Shown: positions 20,706 through 31,100 of the stretch, one piece after another
How the letters are laid out: each line of letters opens with the position of its first letter
Numbering within the stretch: the stretch's first letter is position 1
From: a virus
Lineage: Duplodnaviria > Heunggongvirae > Uroviricota > Caudoviricetes
Length of the DNA: 64,000 bases
Direction: 5' to 3' (one strand)
IMG/VR virus record: IMGVR_UViG_3300037418_003103
Translations under genes and position numbers: made by a program
Notes under the pieces: generated by a model
Database searches by the model: none
What the model saw: only the letters and a program-made list of their open reading frames with translations
What the model was told of the DNA's origin: nothing

Positions 20706-21914
20706 TTAGATAATTATTTTCTTCGTAAATCCGTTGTCATAAATAAGAATATAAATACCATGAGCAAGATGGGAATTTCTCTTGAACTGCTCCAAATCGG
20801 TAACAGAAATAACGCTTACTAACTTTCCTGACATATCATAAACAGATATGCTTCTAGCTGGAGTGGCGTCAAATTTAACCAAGACTATTTTTCCATAAGA
20901 TATAATTCCGCGACTATCAATTTTTTTAATTCTATAATAATTTATTGGGAGGGGTGAATTATCGAAGTATTTAAATTCTCCGCTGGTCGTCATGTTCATT
21001 ACACCGATTGTATTGAAAGTAAGCCCATCAGATGAACGAGATATTTCAAACCTATTGTAGGTTGACATGGGATCTTCCGCCCATGTGAGCTGTACTCTCT
21101 TACCTATCTTTATTGCAGATAATTCACGAACGGTACCTACTGATAGGACAATAACATCTCCTGGCTTCACCGAATAATAATCTGAGTTGTCGCTACCTAC
21201 TCTGAATTCATCTATTAGAAGCCTTCTGGATGGAATACCTGTCTCATCTGTTTGCCAATTCAGTCTCCAGTCAATCTTATCTACGCCCACGCGCAAGTAA
21301 TTAGGTGTTGTGTTATTTGGACCATTGACAAACAAACGAAGTGTATCATTGATCCAAATTTTAATGTAACCACTTGAATCGTTTGACCACTTTATATTCA
21401 TTATTAAATCATTCCAAGATTTTAGTTTAACAGGTCCTATGTTCCAGTGAGTTTCAAGATCTTGTCCGTTGGATTGAACGCTTCCAACTATTGCAGTCAT
21501 GTAGTTATACTGTCCCTGGTAGTTAATAAGAAGAGGAGGTAAATGCTCTGTATTAATTTTATCAAACTCCATTAGGGTACTATACGAGTCAAATTCATTA
21601 GTAGGATATTCATCAAGGTAAAAGCTCATCCCGTACCAGGAAGTAAAGTTGATTAAATTGTTACTCGGAAGAATAAATTGGCTTCTCATTACGCTACTCT
21701 TTAATGAGTCGCTTGAATTGACCAAGAAACTTGCTGATTGGTTGCCGTATTTAACGGTGCTAGACACTTCAATAGCTGTTGGATTGGATTTAACCGTATC
21801 CATTCCCTGGAATGGTGATAAGGACTCAAAGTTATTCTCGTACTCAATACCATATCGTTGAGCAGCTAAGAGCAAAGGGAATAACAAAAATGTTATAGTA
21901 ATTACCCGCTTCAT
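20706..21914 (-). CDS. Secreted polysaccharide-lyase-like protein with Ig-like domain and T9SS-type C-terminal domain
   Basis: Signal peptide; WYGMSFY/WNDL..IKWS..SGYIKIWIN/DEFRVG jelly-roll; FEISRSSDG..YYRIKKID; VYDMSGKLV..GIYIL..TKKIII. Confidence 0.75.
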   Translation of the reverse strand: MKRVITITFLLFPLLLAAQRYGIEYENNFESLSPFQGMDTVKSNPTAIEVSSTVKYGNQSASFLVNSSDSLKSSVMRSQFILPSNNLINFTSWYGMSFYLDEYPTNEFDSYSTLMEFDKINTEHLPPLLINYQGQYNYMTAIVGSVQSNGQDLETHWNIGPVKLKSWNDLIMNIKWSNDSSGYIKIWINDTLRLFVNGPNNTTPNYLRVGVDKIDWRLNWQTDETGIPSRRLLIDEFRVGSDNSDYYSVKPGDVIVLSVGTVRELSAIKIGKRVQLTWAEDPMSTYNRFEISRSSDGLTFNTIGVMNMTTSGEFKYFDNSPLPINYYRIKKIDSRGIISYGKIVLVKFDATPARSISVYDMSGKLVSVISVTDLEQFKRNSHLAHGIYILIYDNGFTKKIII

Positions 21915-21973
21915 ATACTATAAGTATTTTGAAGCAGGTAATTATTTCAGAATTGACTAAGAAATTACTAACA

Positions 21974-22471
21974 TTAATTAGTATATGATTTCAACTCCAC
22001 TCTTTCTGTGGAATTTTTTTTATAAACTCTTTCAGCATAATAAAATAAGTCAAGTGTTTTAACCATTGTTACAATGTCTTTTCTATTATTTCTCCGATAG
22101 AGTTTATATAATTCAGGCTTTAGCGTTTGGGTTTTGATAAGTTTATCTTTCATAAGCTGGTTTAGGTTCTTATTACTAACGACTATCCAGAAGTCGAAAG
22201 TCTCGAAGGCGAAATAATCCGCTTTTCCGAATAGCCAACCTTTGTTTCCCTTAACATTCTTCATCTCAACCCAATGAAGTAATTCGTCTGGTGAGTCATC
22301 TCTCATCTGTCTTTTTTTTAGAGATTTGACGTCATAAGTATACTTATCATCTTGCTTAACATCCCAGTGTTCATACATATCCTCTGCTGGAGAAGAAAAG
22401 GTTATCTTCCCTGTTAAGTAACTGGCGAAGTCTCTTTCTTGATCTTCATAACGATTATTATTATACGCCAT
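21974..22471 (-). CDS. PD-(D/E)XK nuclease-like protein
   Basis: HWDV..YDVKS, WVEMKN, GWLFGKADY. Confidence 0.6.
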   Translation of the reverse strand: MAYNNNRYEDQERDFASYLTGKITFSSPAEDMYEHWDVKQDDKYTYDVKSLKKRQMRDDSPDELLHWVEMKNVKGNKGWLFGKADYFAFETFDFWIVVSNKNLNQLMKDKLIKTQTLKPELYKLYRRNNRKDIVTMVKTLDLFYYAERVYKKNSTERVELKSYTN

Positions 22472-22531
22472 TGAAATAGTAGTTTTTAATATAGATGTTT
22501 AAAAAATTAAGATTATTCGGTTGTTATTTTA

Positions 22532-23221
22532 TCAAGGTAAGAATATATTGGTGTTATACTTAGGGTTATTGAGGTGTTCGTTTAGAGCACACCATGGTAT
22601 ATCATCATAATCTTCCTGTGATATTTTATACGGAGAACACTTATAATGCATCTTAATATAATTGTTTATTTTAAACGACGTCTCCCCTTTCAAATCTATA
22701 AGAATACCAGGTGTAGCGTTATTTAGAGTGGATAAAGAAAATTTACCCCAAACAATATTAGAAAAACCATATTGAAACAATTGGATATAACAATATTCAG
22801 TGGAGTGATCGTATTCATAAAATCTGCCTGAATATATATTAGGATTACCTTCAATATCATATGTAAATGGCAGACTCTCAGGCGAAACATCTGCCAATAT
22901 AATCATTATCAAATTAATATATAGATTTTCTGAATACTTGTAAGCTGCTTTGAAGCCTCCTAATTTATCATTGATAAGAATATTATGTGCATCATATTGT
23001 ATTGAATAATGCTTTGGTGAGTAAACATTTATCACCGAAGGAAACTGAAGACCAAAGTTAGGCAGAATATAATCGACTGGTTCTTCATCGAAATGATCAC
23101 GATTTAAACTAAATACTTCGCTGTTTTTTTCACCAATCCTTTTTATATCAGAGGATGAGTCTATTAAAAAATATTCGTTTCCAGAAAATTGGTGCAGTTC
23201 AAGCTGAAGATAACGTCTCAT
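22532..23221 (-). CDS. Hypothetical protein
   Basis: Long ORF; likely start MRRYL. Confidence 0.5.
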   Translation of the reverse strand: MRRYLQLELHQFSGNEYFLIDSSSDIKRIGEKNSEVFSLNRDHFDEEPVDYILPNFGLQFPSVINVYSPKHYSIQYDAHNILINDKLGGFKAAYKYSENLYINLIMIILADVSPESLPFTYDIEGNPNIYSGRFYEYDHSTEYCYIQLFQYGFSNIVWGKFSLSTLNNATPGILIDLKGETSFKINNYIKMHYKCSPYKISQEDYDDIPWCALNEHLNNPKYNTNIFLP

Positions 23222-23304
23222 TAATTTTATTTTTATGCGAATGTAAAATAAAATAATTAATAAGCAAAATAAATGTATGGTGTACTTGGACACATGTGTC
23301 CAGA

Positions 23305-23643
23305 TTATTTATTTTGGTTCCTACTTTCCCGTCTTTCTTTATCTTTTTCATCCACATCCAACAACTCAACTGTTTGACCCTTTAGATGATGCCAGCAATC
23401 ATTTAAGTATTGTATGTTCCCATCTTTTATAAACGAGTGACAAATATGCTCAGGGTTAAAATTCTGTAGTAAGGAGGGAGTGATGGTAGGATTATTCAAG
23501 TCCATATTAAAGTGATGATGTCCGCCATTTTCTACTAACGCAAACGCATGCTCCCATCCGCACCCCTCACACCAGTATAGGTATTGATCAACCCTTACTA
23601 TACCGTCATCGTGTTTTAAAAAATAGTGTCTAATCTTTGCCAT
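23305..23643 (-). CDS. DUF6527-like Cys/His protein
   Basis: CEGCGWEH, PTITPSLL, CHSFIKDG, YLNDCWH. Confidence 0.7.
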   Translation of the reverse strand: MAKIRHYFLKHDDGIVRVDQYLYWCEGCGWEHAFALVENGGHHHFNMDLNNPTITPSLLQNFNPEHICHSFIKDGNIQYLNDCWHHLKGQTVELLDVDEKDKERRESRNQNK

Positions 23644-23992
23644 GTTCAAAAATTTCCTTCTAGCCACAAATAACATTCGTTATCCACGTCATGTCTTGTA
23701 AATTTAGTTGGTGTGAAGCTAAATATTTTATTATCCAATTGATCATGTAATTCAATTCCTGAATTTGGATTAATCAAATCAAATGTTGTTATTTGTGTTT
23801 TTATTTCTATGTCCTTAGAACGTTCTAAAATTCTATAGCATTCTAACTCTAATAGATTGGCTGTAAATAAATCTGTTTTAAAGCTAAATTCTACCCCAGC
23901 CTCATTTTCAATGAAAGAATTATCTAATACCTCGAATTCTATTCCAAATTTGTTAAATTTTAATGTCCTCATCGATTTAAAATTTATTTTAA

Positions 23993-25588
23993 TTACATAG
24001 ACATGATGTCTATGTCTGTGTTTAGTGTAGTATACTCAACACCATCCTTGGTGGTTACAAAGAGAACGTGCTGCGTCTTGCCAAGAAGATTAATTAAAAC
24101 GTGACCATGGAACCATGCAGATGCTCCTCTATTATAAGAAAGTCTTAATTTCGTGCTAGTTCCTACGCTAGAAAATCCATCAATACGGCAGGGTTGATGT
24201 GTATGACCTGTCACCATCTTGGTAAGTTTTTTAAATTGATTTGCTGATCCTCTTGATCCAGAAGCACCAACATGACCATGACTTCCGCATTCAATATTTC
24301 TTACTTTATAACTATCATTAATACCAAGACATTTCATATTAGGATAACGCTCATTAATAATATATGGAACTACACCATTTGGTGCTTTACCCTCAAGTAT
24401 TGCTGTTGAATACTTCATATATGGAAGAGCATTTTTCATGGTTGACATCTTCCGCCAATCTGTTATTCGTAAAAACTTATCCAAGTGTTCATCATGATTA
24501 CTCTTAACAATAACCACATTATATTTCTCTACCTGTTCAAGCCATTTAAGCATCTCCTTTACTTCATTTTCCAGAGAATTAGAACCATCCATTTCCTTTT
24601 CATATAAGAGGAAAGGATCATCTATATCGTGATGACTAATTGACCTGCTATCAATAATGTCGTGTAAAAATAATTTGCTAGGATGCAGTTTTTTACACAA
24701 GTCATTTAGAGTTACATCCACTACATCCTTATCTACGACTGCTACATGAATATCACCCATGATAAGCGCTTCAACCTTATCCACCCTTGTAACTTTTTCA
24801 TTGCTCACCTTATAAAATAGATCAATAAATTCACCCTTGTTATTGGCAGTTATTTGCCTGGCAAAGAAAACTTCTTCATCTTTTATTTCTACTATACAGG
24901 CCCCGTAAGTATGATGGAATTCGCCTATCTTACCAGCCTTAGAATTTGTATAATTAGGTTTTGTACATGCACCTGTTGTAAACATCAACTTGGGCTTTGA
25001 CCCTTCCAGGACAGGATGTGATCGTAAGTGTACTCTAGGATGGCCGATCACGCAACTATGCTCGCCAGTCATTGTCTCTAAGGATGTTAATGGCATGCTA
25101 GCCGTTGGCTGCATTTTAACATCACTAAGGATAGCGATGCTGTTGTTTAAATTATGCCTATTTAGTGTTAAATAAGGAATAACTTCTTTATCCCACCAGT
25201 CATCTTTTTGAGCTTTTTCAGACCACATGCTTGTAGGGTTTTTGTATCTGTAGGGTATGACAAGAATTTGAGCTCCTATATGATCTGCATATACTTTTAA
25301 ATTATCGAAAAAATCCTTATTTACTGGTGTTGCATTTTGTGCTGAGGTTATCAAGAATCGCTTCTTATTTTTGTCATGTTCTTTTTTCTTTGCCTTAACC
25401 AGGACGTCAGGCTCGATGTCCATCTTTTCTTTAAATCCTAATTTTACAGCCCATTTTCTTACAGTTCTTTCAGATTTATTAAAGTAATGCATTAACTCCT
25501 GCATTCTATCATCCCAGGGTAATTCTTTATTTGTGTAAGTTTTTTTGGCAAATTCTATTTGCTCTGCAGTTAGTTCTTTGAACTTCAT
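23993..25588 (-). CDS. HTH plus calcineurin-like metallophosphoesterase
   Basis: SERTVRKW HTH; GDIH, LHD, SNHDE, SHGH, GHTH. Confidence 0.8.
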   Translation of the reverse strand: MKFKELTAEQIEFAKKTYTNKELPWDDRMQELMHYFNKSERTVRKWAVKLGFKEKMDIEPDVLVKAKKKEHDKNKKRFLITSAQNATPVNKDFFDNLKVYADHIGAQILVIPYRYKNPTSMWSEKAQKDDWWDKEVIPYLTLNRHNLNNSIAILSDVKMQPTASMPLTSLETMTGEHSCVIGHPRVHLRSHPVLEGSKPKLMFTTGACTKPNYTNSKAGKIGEFHHTYGACIVEIKDEEVFFARQITANNKGEFIDLFYKVSNEKVTRVDKVEALIMGDIHVAVVDKDVVDVTLNDLCKKLHPSKLFLHDIIDSRSISHHDIDDPFLLYEKEMDGSNSLENEVKEMLKWLEQVEKYNVVIVKSNHDEHLDKFLRITDWRKMSTMKNALPYMKYSTAILEGKAPNGVVPYIINERYPNMKCLGINDSYKVRNIECGSHGHVGASGSRGSANQFKKLTKMVTGHTHQPCRIDGFSSVGTSTKLRLSYNRGASAWFHGHVLINLLGKTQHVLFVTTKDGVEYTTLNTDIDIMSM

Positions 25589-25827
25589 TCCTAAGTGTTA
25601 TAACAGCCTATTCTTATATTGGAAGCTATTTTGGCCTAGCTTCAATAGTATAAAGATACTATCTTTATGTTTAAACCACAACTTTTTAAGTGTAAAAATA
25701 TTAATTATTAGTCAATTATAATAGCAATTTTTATATTGTTGTAATTAAACATTATACTTTTTATTTTATATCAATAAGTATGAATTACTTGTTGTAATTT
25801 GCTTCTTATATAAATATGTAATAACAT

Positions 25828-26412
25828 TTAGTTGGTTGGTGTAACGTTAGGGTGCATCCACCAAGGCTTATATACTTGTTTATCTTTTGGACAATGCATC
25901 TTATACCCGTCTGGTAGTTTACCTCCACTGTTACAACCATTGCTTTGGATTGTGTGTTCGCATTGATCACATAATGGTGCTCCACAGCATAGCCCCATTG
26001 TTTCATCGCAAGAATGCGTAGCTTGACTTCCGCAACTTGCACATTTCTCTTTTTTATGTTCCTCACAAAAACCACTTTCATCTGCAGGCTTCTTACAGGT
26101 CCCTATCCAGGCAACTGAATACTGGCATGCATTACTAGGTGAATTATTAGCATCCAATTCTTTAAGCAATAACGATAATTTTTCTTTAGAATCCACGGCA
26201 ATATCGTTTCTTTGTTCTTTATCTAAAAACCAAGTCCAGAAATAAGTTGCATTAATGGTAATTCTTCCTTTTTTATAATAATAAACGGCGTCTCGCATTG
26301 AGCTTATTGAAACCCATCCTGTCCCAACCATTAAGTGTTTGCTAAATCCAAGGTCAACCAAATCATCTTCAGACAACCCTTGTCCATAGGAATTTTTATT
26401 TGAACCTTCCAT
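25828..26412 (-). CDS. Cys-rich zinc-finger hypothetical protein
   Basis: Several CxxC/CxxH pairs in the C-terminal half. Confidence 0.6.
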   Translation of the reverse strand: MEGSNKNSYGQGLSEDDLVDLGFSKHLMVGTGWVSISSMRDAVYYYKKGRITINATYFWTWFLDKEQRNDIAVDSKEKLSLLLKELDANNSPSNACQYSVAWIGTCKKPADESGFCEEHKKEKCASCGSQATHSCDETMGLCCGAPLCDQCEHTIQSNGCNSGGKLPDGYKMHCPKDKQVYKPWWMHPNVTPTN

Positions 26413-27105
26413 TTCTTTACAATTTTAATATTTTTAAATTAGTAACAAGTAGGTAACTCAATAACATACTTTTCTTTTACGGGTAATGGATACTTGAAAA
26501 TCTTATTCATAGTTTAATTTTGGGATTTGCCTAGAAAACATTTATTAATAGGTAAAGATTACTATTTAATCTTATATATACCTGTTTCAACCATCTTATC
26601 AAAGATAGCCGCCTCTAAATTTCCAATAGCATGCGTGAACATATATAAATCTGATCTTTTCATTTCTTCTGGCGACTTATTTTTTGCGCCGTGACGACTG
26701 AGCAAGTCAAACATTATGTGCTCATCGTTCAATATAATATCTCTTATTTTCTCTAACCTTTTCTTTGAAAAGCCTTTAACCCATTGCTTTTTATTTTCTA
26801 CAACATAATTAAACCATACTTCTTTCATATTATTTCAATTTAAAATTTATTTATACGGTCAATATGAGTAGATAATTGCTTTAATTAGAGTTTCCAGGGT
26901 TTCAGGATTAGATGTAACACAAATACAAACTTCTCCGTTATTTCCACCAACCCAGAGTTGAACACCAGCGTCTTTTTGGTAGCGTAAATATGAATTTCCT
27001 TCAACCATCTCTAACTTGTCTGATGAATGGAATCCAAGAACCTTCTCATCCTTAAAGTACTTCTCTAAAACATCTGTAATAGTCATAACTTGCTTAGATT
27101 TTTTA

Positions 27106-27474
27106 TTAGCTTATGCGTTTCCAATCCCTTATCTGATAATTGGATACAAATGTACCAATTTTAAATTCTTGATTATATAGAATCACGTCCAAAACCATTG
27201 GTAATTCAGAGTATAACTTATCCCACTTTGCTATCTGCTCAGGTGAATAAACTTCTGGTTCATCTGAATTAAATGGGTCAAAATTAGTTGGCTTCCCATT
27301 AAGTATTATATTAATTCCCTCATAAAAACTATCACCTCCGAATGGGAATTTATTTTCATCCGCATCATGATCTTCTCCCTTGGAGATAATGTATTTATCT
27401 GACGTTAGACTCCATCTGAGATGCTTGAGTAATTTAAGATGATCTTCATTTACTTGTACTTTTAAGATTGACAT
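27106..27474 (-). CDS. Conserved-type phage hypothetical protein
   Basis: EDHLKLL and PFGG motifs. Confidence 0.55.
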   Translation of the reverse strand: MSILKVQVNEDHLKLLKHLRWSLTSDKYIISKGEDHDADENKFPFGGDSFYEGINIILNGKPTNFDPFNSDEPEVYSPEQIAKWDKLYSELPMVLDVILYNQEFKIGTFVSNYQIRDWKRIS

Positions 27475-27476
27475 AT

Positions 27477-28175
27477 TTATAACGTATTTTCTTTTATTTG
27501 TTTTATTATTTCTGGTACTCCAATACTGGCCTTTTCTCTTAAATAAATAACTTTTTTACCCAGAATGCTTAGTTCTTCAGAAGGGTTAGGATCAATATAA
27601 ATTATCTTTGTAGTGTCAGGTGCGGAACAGAGTAAAGGTGTAATGTAACCGATGCTAAGGCTGGTACCAACAATTATTAAGTAATCAGCTTCTAAAATAC
27701 ACTCATTTGCCTTCAAAACATCATAAGGGTATTCACCAAACCAAACTACACACGGTCTTAGTTGAGAGCCATCCTTTGGATGCTTATCGGATGTGGTAAT
27801 ATCTGACGTCCATGGGATGCTTAAATTAGGATTATTTGAGCTAGTTGCTCTTAATAATTGGCCATGAAGATGAATTACATCTTTGCTCCCCGCTCTTTCA
27901 TGTAGATCATCCACGTTCTGTGTAATAACCTTAACGTCAAATAAACCCTCCAAAGCAGATATTGCTTCGTGCGCAGCATTTGGATTAACGTAAGATAACT
28001 CCTTCCTTCTGCCATTATAAAAATCCAATACTTTTTCACGGTTCTTTCTCCAACCATTAACGGTGGCTACCTCATCAATACTAAAGTTCTCCCACATACC
28101 ACCTTTATCTCTAAAGGTATCTATACCACTCTCCTGGGAAACACCAGCACCAGTAAAAAATACTATTTTTTTCAT
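27477..28175 (-). CDS. cobB: Sirtuin (CobB-like NAD-dependent deacylase)
   Basis: FTGAGVSQESGIDTFR, TQNVDDLHERAG, HLHG, LRPCVVWFGE, VGTS. Confidence 0.93.
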   Translation of the reverse strand: MKKIVFFTGAGVSQESGIDTFRDKGGMWENFSIDEVATVNGWRKNREKVLDFYNGRRKELSYVNPNAAHEAISALEGLFDVKVITQNVDDLHERAGSKDVIHLHGQLLRATSSNNPNLSIPWTSDITTSDKHPKDGSQLRPCVVWFGEYPYDVLKANECILEADYLIIVGTSLSIGYITPLLCSAPDTTKIIYIDPNPSEELSILGKKVIYLREKASIGVPEIIKQIKENTL

Positions 28176-28660
28176 AATTTAAAATTTTCCTCTTTCTTGT
28201 AAACGCTTAGTAACTCTTCGTTCTATTTCTTCTTCGAATCTTCTATTTATCATTTTTTCGATTATACTCTCAGTTAAGCAATTAAACTTATGATCTATGA
28301 ATATGAGTAATCGTTCCTCAATGTTCTCAATACGCTTATTAATTTTTACTTCATCCATTAGTAACTGATATATTGATTAATTTCTGGATTTAAGATGTTG
28401 GTTTTCTAGATTCTCAATCTCTATATTTATTGCTTCAGGATAATGACCTCCTGTTGAAAAAATAGAAACGAGCCCTGTAACCTCATTATTAATGTAGTGT
28501 CTATTTTTTCCTCTTTCTTTAATAACCTCCCAATCCATAGAAACATCATCCCAATCATCCAAGACTAATCTATGGCCACCCTTTTCTTTGTAAACCAGTC
28601 TTATAAGGTTATTATGACTAAACGTTTCCAAGAATTCACCTAATTTCATTTTAATTTGTT

Positions 28661-29182
28661 TTAGTTTACAACCTTCTCCGTACCATTAACACTCATGTAA
28701 TTTTGAAGGGCTTTTAGTGATGTTCTAACCTTCATAATGGCTTCTCCAAGCCAATTGGTTCCACGCCATTTACTCTTATCTAGAATATTTGGATCATCTT
28801 CATGCAGTCCAATACCCCATATTCTATCCTCTGGAGATGCTTCTACAATTTCCCTGTTCCCTGTTGATACCAGCTCCGCAAAAAGTTCTGGGTTTTGAGT
28901 AAACTTAGCATAATTTCCTTGCCAAACAATATCACGGCAGTGCTCATTCCAAACAGTCTTGTCAAATTTTTTAATTTGACGGCCAAGTAGTTTTTGCTCT
29001 GCAGGGTTATTCGTTGCTAATATTTTATTAGCTATCTCAGCATCTTCAAACAACAGTGCTTTACGGTACATCATGTATTGTTCAGCAGTGGCAAAAGTAA
29101 CTCCATCTATGGTAAATTTTGACTTAAACCACTGAGAGTATTCTCCGCCCCAAAAAAACACATAATCATCTGTAATTTTCAT
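28661..29182 (-). CDS. NADAR (YbiA/DUF1768) family protein
   Basis: SQWF, TAEQYMM.KA, KF.QN, EASPEDRIWGIG, GTNWLG. Confidence 0.92.
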   Translation of the reverse strand: MKITDDYVFFWGGEYSQWFKSKFTIDGVTFATAEQYMMYRKALLFEDAEIANKILATNNPAEQKLLGRQIKKFDKTVWNEHCRDIVWQGNYAKFTQNPELFAELVSTGNREIVEASPEDRIWGIGLHEDDPNILDKSKWRGTNWLGEAIMKVRTSLKALQNYMSVNGTEKVVN

Positions 29183-29202
29183 ATACTTAAATTTAAGTAA
29201 GC

Positions 29203-29757
29203 TTAATTATTAAACTTGTCAAATAATTTTTTAAAAGATTCTGTTTCGCCTATTGAATAGGTAGACGCGGCTATCACTGGCTTTTCCTTAATGGGTTTAG
29301 CAAAAGGATTTTTATTCCCAGAAGGAATTATTGATCTAACTACCCAATTAATATGCTTGTCGCTTGAATTAATTTTATTTTCTAACCAGTCCAAAAAGCC
29401 AAGATATGCTCCATAGGACATAAAAGTCTCTGTATCTTTACCAGTTATTCCAACATTTTTATTATGTAGGATTTCGGATATTGGAGATTCCTTGTCAATA
29501 AAATTTTTAGTTATATTTTCCCAAAAAATTTTTAAATCATCCTTGTATGTTTGAGAAAACGCTTCAGCAAGAACTTCATTAAAAGAAATCAATTTATTTC
29601 TCGTAAGTACACATATAAACTGTCCTCTGGGTTTTTCTGAAACTCTTGTAATCTTTGTAACAGGAAAATAAGACTTAATTAGATGTGTTAGAAAATTTTT
29701 TGATTTTGGATTAGTTAATAAATCATCTAATGATTTATTTATTTGTTCTGTTGTCAT
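29203..29757 (-). CDS. Hypothetical protein (likely start MTTEQ)
   Basis: TATATTTG box at 29780-29787 lies inside the longer ORF call. Confidence 0.55.
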   Translation of the reverse strand: MTTEQINKSLDDLLTNPKSKNFLTHLIKSYFPVTKITRVSEKPRGQFICVLTRNKLISFNEVLAEAFSQTYKDDLKIFWENITKNFIDKESPISEILHNKNVGITGKDTETFMSYGAYLGFLDWLENKINSSDKHINWVVRSIIPSGNKNPFAKPIKEKPVIAASTYSIGETESFKKLFDKFNN

Positions 29758-29852
29758 GTTATTTATTAAAATTAATATGCAAATATAAGAGAAATTATTG
29801 AAACTTCCAATTCTAAGTAACAATTATTTTGAATTCAGTGTTTTAACTGTTC

Positions 29853-30263
29853 TCAAACGTCTTGGTTTATAATTTTTGTACTATTTAGGTTACTGATTAA
29901 ATTAGATTTAATAATGTTATGTAAGTGAGGGTTCTTTAAAATCATCAACTCTAATTCTTCTACTGAATAATTGAATTTGGGATTTGGTAGACCTAACTGA
30001 TGTATTCTTAATGTATACCATGCATCCATTCTATGAATTCCAAACGGTAACCAAGTACTAAACATTTTTCTATCACCAAAATAAGCTGTAGAATATAATT
30101 GGTCGTAATAGAACTTTTTAATATCACCTTCTTTCTCAAGCATTTTCTTATAATAATTTTCACTTGCTAGCCTTACCTTGCGCCCATATTTTAACGGCGC
30201 TATGGCACAATCATATTCATAATCTTTCTCCCAATCATATTTTTCTTCTTCCATATTGTTCAT
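29853..30263 (-). CDS. Hypothetical protein
   Basis: 136-aa ORF after a -7 promoter box. Confidence 0.55.
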   Translation of the reverse strand: MNNMEEEKYDWEKDYEYDCAIAPLKYGRKVRLASENYYKKMLEKEGDIKKFYYDQLYSTAYFGDRKMFSTWLPFGIHRMDAWYTLRIHQLGLPNPKFNYSVEELELMILKNPHLHNIIKSNLISNLNSTKIINQDV

Positions 30264-30286
30264 TTTTCTTCTTCCATATTGTTCAT
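30241..30286. repeat. Perfect 23-bp tandem duplication spanning a start codon
   Basis: ttttcttcttccatattgttcat x2. Confidence 0.9.
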
Positions 30287-30854
30287 TAGTTTATTAACCA
30301 AGTTGAATTTTATACAAATATAAGAGAAATTATTGGATTATCCAATTTTTTTTACAAAATCCTATAATAGTGATATCCTTTAGACCCTTCGATAGCGTAG
30401 TGAGTCCACTTAACTTCTTTCTTGATGATTAAATCACTCATTTCTTTAAATCTTTCTACTGATTCTGTCTCACAAACCTTAATATATTTATCTTCAGATT
30501 TTTTTTGTTGTTTAGGCTTTTCAGGTTCAACGCTGACCTTTGCTTTAGGCAGATTCCTGGGCGGTCTTTTCTTGGGCCCATTCATTTTAACTTGTGTTGG
30601 TTTAACTCTCTTGCGTTCTCTCGGCATTTAATTTACTATTATTAATAATTATCTTTTGTTTGCTCTTCAAATAACTTAATACGTCATTATAAGCTTTTAA
30701 TTTTCCTCCATTCGTTATTTGACGTGGTGAATTTGATTCTGGCTTTTGCTCTTTTATTTTAGCTATTTTGCCTTCAATAAAATAGGCCGTCCGTGTAATA
30801 GATGCTAAAAGCCCATTTGCATAATCGTTACTATAACTATCTTTCATTTTATTT

Positions 30855-31100
30855 TTATTTTCGTTGGCCGTCTTTAAAAGCACTTTTCGTTTTATTACTG
30901 AAAGTGATCAGTTCCTGGAGTGTAATTTTTAAATTCTTCAAAGAGTACTCTTCAATAGCACCAATAAGATCACTCAATTCGCAACACTGAAGAATTTTAT
31001 CACTCTGTTCAAACGCATCCTCTAACTCTTGATACTCCTCTGTTATTTTAGAAAATTCTCCAAGAATACCCTTTTCTATTTTTTTATTGTGGTAACCCAT
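30855..31100 (-). CDS. MazG-like helical protein
   Basis: KITEEYQELEDA..ELSDL (EExxE/ExxD pattern). Confidence 0.65.
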   Translation of the reverse strand: MGYHNKKIEKGILGEFSKITEEYQELEDAFEQSDKILQCCELSDLIGAIEEYSLKNLKITLQELITFSNKTKSAFKDGQRK

